Positions 26,801-32,000 of a DNA stretch of 32,000 bases are shown piece after piece; the first letter of the stretch is position 1, and each line of letters begins with the position of its first letter. Origin of the DNA: Promethearchaeota archaeon (GTDB taxonomy: Archaea; Asgardarchaeota; Lokiarchaeia; Sigyniarchaeales; Promethearchaeaceae); the NCBI GenBank assembly GCA_016933055.1, contig JAFGBS010000009.1, positions 1 through 32,000 on the forward strand. The letters run 5' to 3'. The position numbers and the translations under genes were made by a program. Below the pieces are notes generated by a model, which was given only the letters and a program-made list of their open reading frames with translations, made no database searches and was not told where the DNA came from.

Positions 26801-26932
26801 TTTAGTTACGTAGTAATTGCTAAACCTGAACCAGATCGAAAGATCCCCGGATATCCACTGCAATTTCTTACTCTAGCAGCGGTTGCAGGTTCCATATGGC
26901 TGATTCATTCTTACCGAAAGCTCAGAAAATAA
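23888..26932 (+). CDS. Large secreted, Loki-CTERM-anchored multidomain protein (beta-sandwich domains, FN3, Ser/Thr/Gly beta-rich domain, Ig-like domain)
   Basis: Signal peptide MRKLQKTKLILLLIFVLL. FN3 PPANL...DWDPP...HYNIYRG...YYYMVTA (~25020-25285). Tail KIPGYPLQFLTLAAVAGSIWLIHSYRKLRK. The track start is GTG 23837. Confidence 0.85.
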   Translation: MRKLQKTKLILLLIFVLLIPNFLIIPSKNNSLLSDENNFIISNDGFGTSDMLPDFNTAVKVIGSGTQHDPTEFDYTYIQSDDGLVDDTMFSPGWGDTLLRDVADYGVVDYTGAFGSTDAGLWHFTDAYRNNDGKYLYLDSTWGNDYPGWIFMKWGAYGNIPTDAHPHVNQIRISYEVWGDSALGVLDQSTNLRIYAFDDLGNSQWYTIASNPQHRVHYEGTFTLTSGTVFNRVRAGGYVKHLAVYMYSNEELWTHTWINVDYVKIYYDFDKPDVNFAYYFDFSGYGLTTVTQFQLEFEVTELVPGTNVYLYDYTTSSWDLVMTINSAGTYAKNITIDADHYFSGTKVFVIDFSRFNYYDGRPYTQYHIKIDYVTVKLPPPDPPANLHLTQDILQIRLDWDPPNSYGALITHYNIYRGTIAGGSKTLIDTTPLTAYNDTTGTVGVEYYYMVTAESVEGESENSTEVSGKSFDQPFVRWTSPEDYASVVFAKGEPVTFSFDYDWGNLQDVELIIEKGVFSVNHGSVWNKTSIDIYEINYLDGSVTCTLNGYNNSILVSSDVREFTFVKIVIEVGELINSSTEILGKQLYMILHDPHGDNSYSFFEQSTQLSLGVGMELITAVGVNIEVGETFELFGVETGASLALSFKTTMETGYDFRYEITDTTSLTSSQVTDNPDYIGPGYGDRYWGESWILKWVLNATYRVYSNGTDRYEDPKYYWGIIRDVDTFCSHEHAPEAWREQNPVYNHTLPVHWLGTEQRSGGAPFNFEHEVTSTVARKQSLSIDVGTDFQTKFPGVETSFTFEFSMKSYVEAGASSTFTVGYSLYDDDPTDFIVHGVGIDKRFGTYIFNSSEFMCETSGPYEYHTFDYLPPEIMLPEIELDPDGDGISPSPDDSPIVNVRIFEEDELQEVIIKYSINNGTDWSIAYMSELPGDPGTWEGMIPSQAANTTVLWFIQAWDMQGHNATRYNSYLEPFSYVVIAKPEPDRKIPGYPLQFLTLAAVAGSIWLIHSYRKLRK

Positions 26933-26944
26933 TCTAATTTCTTC

Positions 26945-26952
26945 TTTTTTTT
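26945..26952 (+). terminator. Oligo-T tract, candidate terminator
   Basis: T8 12 nt after the stop at 26932. Confidence 0.45.
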
Positions 26953-27200
26953 ATTCTATCAACATCAATTCCGTGATTCCCAAAAATGTTACGTTAGGTG
27001 AATAGGGGGCATATCGTAAGAAGTTCTGTCAATTTGCCTATCTATGATAGGTGATTGTAGATTCATGCTAACATGAATAAGCCTCATGATTCTACTACAT
27101 ATTCGGCTTTTGACATCCTCCCACGTTCCCGCACCAAGGAACGACCTATTCTACATTTGTAAGGGCACTAAATTGGTGTAAATTCGTAAATTGATTCTGA

Positions 27201-27242
27201 TTTATGGGTTTGACGTTGTTTTACGATAGTATCATGTTAAAG
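27201..27242. repeat. 42-bp dispersed intergenic element, copy 2 (inverted relative to copy 1)
   Basis: tttatgggtttgacgttgttttacgatagtatcatgttaaag; its reverse complement is 35/42 identical to 6788-6829. Confidence 0.6.
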
Positions 27243-27413
27243 AACTTCAATCTTAGATGGATAGAGCCGTATATCTGTTGATTAGCTAGTTTAAACGAAT
27301 TTCTTTGGGGGTTCATATCCTTAGAATACGTAAAGCACCCAAAACTCCAGTCTATTTTACTAATCAATCTTTGCACTGTATTTATTCTTCACTACAAGAG
27401 ATTGTCGAAAAAT

Positions 27414-27664
27414 CTATCCTAATTTTTCTTTTTTCTTTATTCTCCTACACAAATTTTCCGCAGTTCTGCGAAATCTCGCAACCGAAGCAGTCTTCTTACA
27501 TAACTTCAAAAAGGTGCGCACAATCCAGTTGTGTGGTCTAATTCGGATTCCAGAGGTTCAAATGTAAGAGAACATAAACAGCTTAAATGAAATTTAGCCA
27601 TAGTTTCCTCCCGTACTTCGTCAATCGTTGCGACATAGTTCGCATCATTCACATTTTCACTCAT
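27414..27664 (-). pseudogene. Frameshifted gene remnant with strong ribosome-binding site; identity unknown
   Basis: AGGAGGGAGGTG 6 nt before ATG 27664. MSENVNDANYVATIDEVREETMAKFHLSCLCSLTFE, then a shifted frame TSGIRIRPHNWIVRTFLKLCKKTASVARFRRTAENL...* (27557-27414). Confidence 0.35.
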
Positions 27665-28036
27665 CGTCAACACCTCCCTCCTTTCGTCCAAGAGTAATAT
27701 AAAGTGTTATAGTTTCCTCATCTTATTCCCCTCAATTCAAGATTTCCCTCCCAACCGGTATTTCAGCGACTTTTTGTTGTTGCACTTAAGTCATGATTGC
27801 GCGCTACAAGAAAACCATCCCCATCCCCACACTCTTCTACTTCATGCAGTTAATAAGCATTTGATAAACCTTAACCGCTAATTCTTCTCTTTTGAACGGG
27901 TTTTCTAAGTCATTATCTTGCTTTTTTCTAAACGCAAATATAGGAAAAAAGGATATGAATTGCGAATAAAATTTAACTAAGTTTTATTAAATTCAATATC
28001 GAACATTTAATAGACAAATTTGTTTTAAAGAAGAAG

Positions 28037-30043
28037 GTGGATATGGTGAAGACACTATGGAGAAAGATCACGTTCGGAGTAGTCTGTTTGTTCATGATTT
28101 TACCGCTTTATCTTGCATTACCAGATAAAGATGGCGTATTAATTACAACAACAAATAAACTACAAAGACCTATTGCAGCAGGTTCCGATGATTTTATTTC
28201 GGTGTGGGATACCTCATTGACAAGCTCGGGATCAAGCAACTCAAACCAAGTGAAATTACCGCTACAATCAAGCGGAAAGTATAACTTTTTGGTGGAATGG
28301 GGGGATGGGAAAAGTGATACCATTACCTCATGGAATCAAGCAGAAGTAAATCATACGTATACATTTGAGGGAGTTTACACGATTAATATTACAGGCAGCA
28401 TTGAAGGTTGGCGTTTCAATTACGGAGGAGATAGACTAAAACTTCTTGAAATCCAACAGTGGGGTTGTTTACAATTAGGGAATGATGGATCGTTTTTTTA
28501 CGGATGCTCAAATTTGAATCTAACGGCTAAAGATAATTTGGATTTGACTGGAACGACCTCTTTGTATAAGGCCTTTCGGGATTGTAATAACTTGGGCAGT
28601 AATGGCAATTTAAAAGGGTGGGATGTATCCCACATAACGAATATGGAATCTATGTTCCATGGTGCTTCTTCATTCAATCAAGATATCGGAGCGTGGAACG
28701 TATCCAGTGTAACGAATATGGAATTTATGTTCCATGGTGCTTCTTTATTCAATCAGGATATTGGAGCATGGGATGTATCCAGTGTAACGAATATGGTCGC
28801 TATGTTCTATGGTGCTTCTTCATTCAATCAGGATATCGGAGGTTGGGATGTATCCAGTGTAACGGATATGGATTATATATTCTGCGGGGCATCATCGTTC
28901 AATCAGGATATCGGAGGTTGGGATGTGTCCAGTGTAACGGAAATGGAATCGATGTTCGAACGTGCATCTTCATTCAATCAGGATATCGGAGGATGGGATG
29001 TATCCGCTGTGACGGTTATGTATTCTATGTTCGAAGGCGCATCTTCATTTAATCAGGATATCGGAAGTTGGGATGTATCCAGTGTGTATTTTATGCGAGA
29101 AATGTTTTTTGGGGCATCATCGTTCAATCAAGATCTCGGAAGTTGGGATGTATCCAGTGTAACGGATATGGTCGCTATGTTCGAAGGGGTGGAACTTTCT
29201 ACGGAAAATTATGATAGTTTGTTACTGGGTTGGTCCCAACTCTCTTTGCAATCCAATGTAGATTTTCATGGAGGTGCCTCCTACTATAGCATTGCTGCTG
29301 CCACAGCTCGTAAATCCATTATAGATACGTATAGTTGGACAATAACTGATGGGGGACCCGAACCTGAAACCTTGACTATCAGCACTCCTCTTGCAACTAG
29401 TTCGTGGGAAACTTCTTCTACGCAAACCATCACATGGGATTCTACGGGGGTTGTTGCTTCAGTTAACTTGGAATTACATCGTAATGAGATTTATGTACTA
29501 TCCATAGTTCAAGGAACCGTAAATGATGGGAATTTTGCATGGGAACTTCCCTCGGAATTAGAAGATTCAATACTCTATCAAATCAAAATCGTAGATGCGT
29601 CGAATGAGACGGTGTATGATCTTAGCGAATATTTCGAGATTTTTAATCCCACTATAACCGTTACCGCTCCTACCGAACTCTCTTCTTGGGAAACCGGTAC
29701 CTCCCAAACGATTACATGGACATCCACCGGGACAATTACCTCAATGAACATCGAATTATACAAAAATGGAGTGCTCGTACAGACGATTATTACAGAAACT
29801 GATAATGATGGAAGTTACTCATGGACTTTACCCGCGAATTTAGAAGATTCCCAGTATCAAATCAAAATCGTGGATGCATCGGATGAAACGGTGTATGATT
29901 TCAGTGATGGATTCGAAATACTTACGGACCAAAAAAGAATTCCAGGATATAATATATTCATAGTTCTGGCGACACTTGCTAGTGCCATCATTATGCTATT
30001 TCGAAAATCATATAATAGCAGGCACAAGTCGTTAGTCGTCTAA
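28037..30043 (+). CDS. BspA/DUF285-repeat surface protein with PKD-like N-domain, two Ser/Thr-rich (Kre9/GPI-anchored-family-like) Ig domains and Loki-CTERM
   Basis: Signal anchor, [10 protein letters not shown], 8 WxVS repeat units, two ITW..TG...NDG...W.LP...YQIKIVDAS domains, and tail [25 protein letters not shown]. The start may be ATG 28043. Confidence 0.9.
   Translation: MDMVKTLWRKITFGVVCLFMILPLYLALPDKDGVLITTTNKLQRPIAAGSDDFISVWDTSLTSSGSSNSNQVKLPLQSSGKYNFLVEWGDGKSDTITSWNQAEVNHTYTFEGVYTINITGSIEGWRFNYGGDRLKLLEIQQWGCLQLGNDGSFFYGCSNLNLTAKDNLDLTGTTSLYKAFRDCNNLGSNGNLKGWDVSHITNMESMFHGASSFNQDIGAWNVSSVTNMEFMFHGASLFNQDIGAWDVSSVTNMVAMFYGASSFNQDIGGWDVSSVTDMDYIFCGASSFNQDIGGWDVSSVTEMESMFERASSFNQDIGGWDVSAVTVMYSMFEGASSFNQDIGSWDVSSVYFMREMFFGASSFNQDLGSWDVSSVTDMVAMFEGVELSTENYDSLLLGWSQLSLQSNVDFHGGASYYSIAAATARKSIIDTYSWTITDGGPEPETLTISTPLATSSWETSSTQTITWDSTGVVASVNLELHRNEIYVLSIVQGTVNDGNFAWELPSELEDSILYQIKIVDASNETVYDLSEYFEIFNPTITVTAPTELSSWETGTSQTITWTSTGTITSMNIELYKNGVLVQTIITETDNDGSYSWTLPANLEDSQYQIKIVDASDETVYDFSDGFEILTDQKRIPGYNIFIVLATLASAIIMLFRKSYNSRHKSLVV
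28610..29209 (+). repeat. 75-bp tandem repeats (25-aa DUF285 units, 8 copies, last one partial)
   Basis: Recurring ttcaatcaRgatatcggagNNtgggatgtatccagtgtaacg. Confidence 0.92.
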
Positions 30044-30058
30044 AACTCATTCTTTCCC

Positions 30059-30065
30059 TTTTTTT
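30059..30065 (+). terminator. Oligo-T tract, candidate terminator
   Basis: T7 within actcattctttcccttttttt after the stop at 30043. Confidence 0.45.
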
Positions 30066-30669
30066 CAGTCCAAAACCATCCATTATAAGGGTTGAACCAC
30101 AGTCACGTTAAGGAAATGCCGAATTTGAAAATAAATACAATTAATCTCTCAAATATTGATATTTTCTTTCCTCATAACATCACGACAGTAAAACCTATTT
30201 TTTCTGATTAAGGTTGTTGTACGTAGTAATTGAAAATGTTTTTTTCTCCTTATAATACAGGTACTGATATTCTTATCCTTCGCATAGATATATGTTGATT
30301 AAAAATTATCCTCTCATTTGTTTACTGATTATTCGGTTAACGAGCTAAAATGTTTTGATGAGGAGAATATATTAACTATCTCACCATCGTTCTATCGTGC
30401 ATTTCTAGGTTCAAAAAAAGAAGAAAATTGTTGATAGAAGAGAATCATTATTTTGATTAGTCAACATGTGTCGTTCGATTTAAATCATTTTTCCTCATTC
30501 AACACATGTTAAAGGGGTAACAGTATAGTTCGAATAGGCAACTATATAATATTAAACGGTTCGTGCGGGTAGGTAGTACGGATAAAGCCTCATATCCATA
30601 GAATTAAAAACGTAATCAAAAATGCACAATCACTTCACAGATATTGATTTATAAAAAGAAAGAAACCAT

Positions 30670-31602
30670 TTATTTCCTCTTTTTAATTCTCAGAGTGACA
30701 GCAACGATTGAAATGGTACCCACAACAATAACTAATATAGAATTATAACCAGGTATAAAGTTACCAATCTCAAATTCTTCACTAAACGCATAGATGCTGG
30801 AGTTCGAAAAATCCACAATTTTTATTCTATAGGTTCCTTTATAATAATCAGGGATGTTCCAAGTATAAGTTCCCTCGTTATTTATTCCAGATGTAATGTA
30901 ATCAACTTGATCTTCTCCACTATAAACGTAAAGTGAAATTTTACTAATTGTGCCAGTTGTTTCCCACGTAATTTTCAATTTATCCCTGCAAATCTTACCA
31001 CTTGTCGGGGAGGTTATTGTAAAATCGACCTCTTCGAGGTAATACCAAAATAATCGGGGTTTTGAATAGGACGACTCCTTGCTCCAAAATCTAACATATC
31101 TATTTACATGATTATAAATACAAATGTTTAAGTAATCCCCGGTTGCAACAGCGGATGTAACATTTATTTCAACCATTATATCCGATGCCGAAACAGTCAC
31201 ATTAGTGATGAAATCTCCTTTGGCGGGTTCATTGGTCCCACTTATGGTTGATTCTTCCCAGTCTTCCGTAACATAACATACTGTCAAATTCATTTCCCCC
31301 TCAATAATACCATTATAATCCACGTATAATGTGATAATTACGTTTTCATATTCTTCTGGTCTATCAAGCAGACTAAATCTCATAAAGATTTCCCTTTGTG
31401 CGGAAAGTGCGAGTCCTGCCTGAATAGTATCAGCAGATCCATAGTTTTCTGCGCTACCATCAATCGTTGTTGCATCAGCATCGGCATACACAACGATACT
31501 TTGGACTTTCACGAAAGCACTTCCGTTTGATGTGAAAAGTAATTGTGCAAGTGCGAGAAAAAGTAAACTTGTCACTATTAATGATCTATATTTTAACTTC
31601 AT
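30670..31602 (-). CDS. Secreted DNRLRE/CBM96-like domain protein with Ser/Thr-rich Ig domain and Loki-CTERM
   Basis: Signal peptide; ADADAT...NYG...REIFMRFSL...WEESTI...RFWSKES...KPRL; ITW.T.G...NEGTYTW; tail FIPGYNSILVIVVGTISIVAVTLRIKKRK. Confidence 0.85.
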   Translation of the reverse strand: MKLKYRSLIVTSLLFLALAQLLFTSNGSAFVKVQSIVVYADADATTIDGSAENYGSADTIQAGLALSAQREIFMRFSLLDRPEEYENVIITLYVDYNGIIEGEMNLTVCYVTEDWEESTISGTNEPAKGDFITNVTVSASDIMVEINVTSAVATGDYLNICIYNHVNRYVRFWSKESSYSKPRLFWYYLEEVDFTITSPTSGKICRDKLKITWETTGTISKISLYVYSGEDQVDYITSGINNEGTYTWNIPDYYKGTYRIKIVDFSNSSIYAFSEEFEIGNFIPGYNSILVIVVGTISIVAVTLRIKKRK

Positions 31603-31807
31603 TTCATTTTCCCTTGTATCAATTTTGGATATTTACTTAAAACGTTGTTATGTTAAATAAATATGATTATTGGACGCAATTAACGAAAGGTAGTAATTTA
31701 TCGTGAGAACTCTCCATCCATAAAAGCAGCCTGTGGTTCCCATAAAAGAGATGTGTTAAATAAGTACATCGGATTTATTTATTAAATCAATTTACTAACA
31801 ATTCTAT

Positions 31808-32000
31808 ATGAGGAAACCTTTCATATTTCTTATTTTTATTCTCTCAGGATTATTTTGGCATCCTATTCCTTATTATGAAGAAGTTTATTTGTACGATCAG
31901 GCGTACATTTATATACTGAGTGCTGGATTAGGGAAGTCAACCTCTATAGAATTATCCGGAGTCACAAATATATCACTGGAGCTAGAAATTTCCTCTGAAA
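31808..32000 (+). CDS. Hypothetical secreted or membrane protein, 5' part only
   Basis: MRKPFIFLIFILSGLFWHPIPYYEEVYLYDQAYIYILSAGLGKSTSIELSGVTNISLELEISSE is open to the window end and has a signal-peptide-like start. Confidence 0.55.
   Translation, partial: MRKPFIFLIFILSGLFWHPIPYYEEVYLYDQAYIYILSAGLGKSTSIELSGVTNISLELEISSE

Noticed and set aside
27305-27541. Track ORF 27305..27541 (plus strand)
   Set aside because: Low-complexity composition, and it lies antisense to the better-supported minus-strand remnant.
27815-27930. Minus-strand peptide DLENPFKREELAVKVYQML resembling a response-regulator C-terminus
   Set aside because: Too short, with no upstream receiver motifs and no start.
788-29763. 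Short track ORFs overlapping longer genes (e.g. 788..973, 1334..1519, 4426..4632, 6585..6776, 6602..6784, 10077..10319, 12401..12583, 14296..14571, 14519..14773, 16968..17150, 18567..18797, 19389..19634, 20210..20464, 20218..20409, 20527..20784, 23824..24057, 24485..24763, 25973..26218, 25977..26195, 28108..28323, 28618..29052, 29222..29425, 29578..29763)
   Set aside because: Antisense or alternate-frame shadows of well-supported genes. The periodic Cys pattern of 28618..29052 simply reflects the 75-bp repeat.
30081-31660. Partial echoes of the 42-bp element (ttataagggttga...acgttaagg at ~30082-30115, catgttaaag at ~30506, acgttgttatgttaaa at ~31642)
   Set aside because: Matches of 10 nt or less with inconsistent spacing in AT-rich DNA.
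1-32000. CRISPR array, tRNA, rRNA, integrase or intact IS element
   Set aside because: The only regular repeats are inside coding sequences (120-bp TPR, 75-bp DUF285, ~175-bp Zn units). No tRNA arms, rRNA-like sequence or transposase/integrase motifs were seen.

Overview
AT-rich archaeal DNA, most likely from an Asgard archaeon (Lokiarchaeia-like). This assignment is an inference from three IPGY-TM-basic 'Loki-CTERM' tails, archaeal Hef/FEN1/RadA-paralog genes, a Rab-like GTPase remnant, TATA boxes and a GGTGA ribosome-binding site. The most interesting part is 1-5.5 kb, an apparently intact NAD+/ADP-ribose-centred cluster. Four minus-strand genes sit in a row: a CorA-like 2TM membrane protein fused to an ADP-ribose-pyrophosphatase-type Nudix domain, a 52-aa four-CxxC zinc micro-protein missed by the ORF track, a TIR-zinc-finger protein, and a SIR2-TPR protein also missed by the track because it runs off the window edge. 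A triple-zinc-ribbon-TIR protein is transcribed divergently from them. The 6-14 kb region holds a PadR-TRASH metal-response module joined abruptly to a 5'-truncated FEN1, a 4Fe-4S protein, and a Hef-DUF1922-RadB-like operon in which Hef has one in-frame stop and a degenerate nuclease domain. The 14-21 kb region holds a TetR-controlled C45 hydrolase/MFS unit with three palindromic operator candidates, a decayed Rab-zinc-ribbon pseudogene, an AttH/tocopherol-cyclase-like protein and a GPH transporter. The 21-32 kb region holds an LRR protein and three Loki-CTERM surface proteins (FN3 plus a possible beta-pore-forming domain, BspA/DUF285, DNRLRE/CBM96). No tRNA, rRNA, CRISPR array or intact transposase was seen. 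All family calls come from motif recognition by eye; no searches were run.
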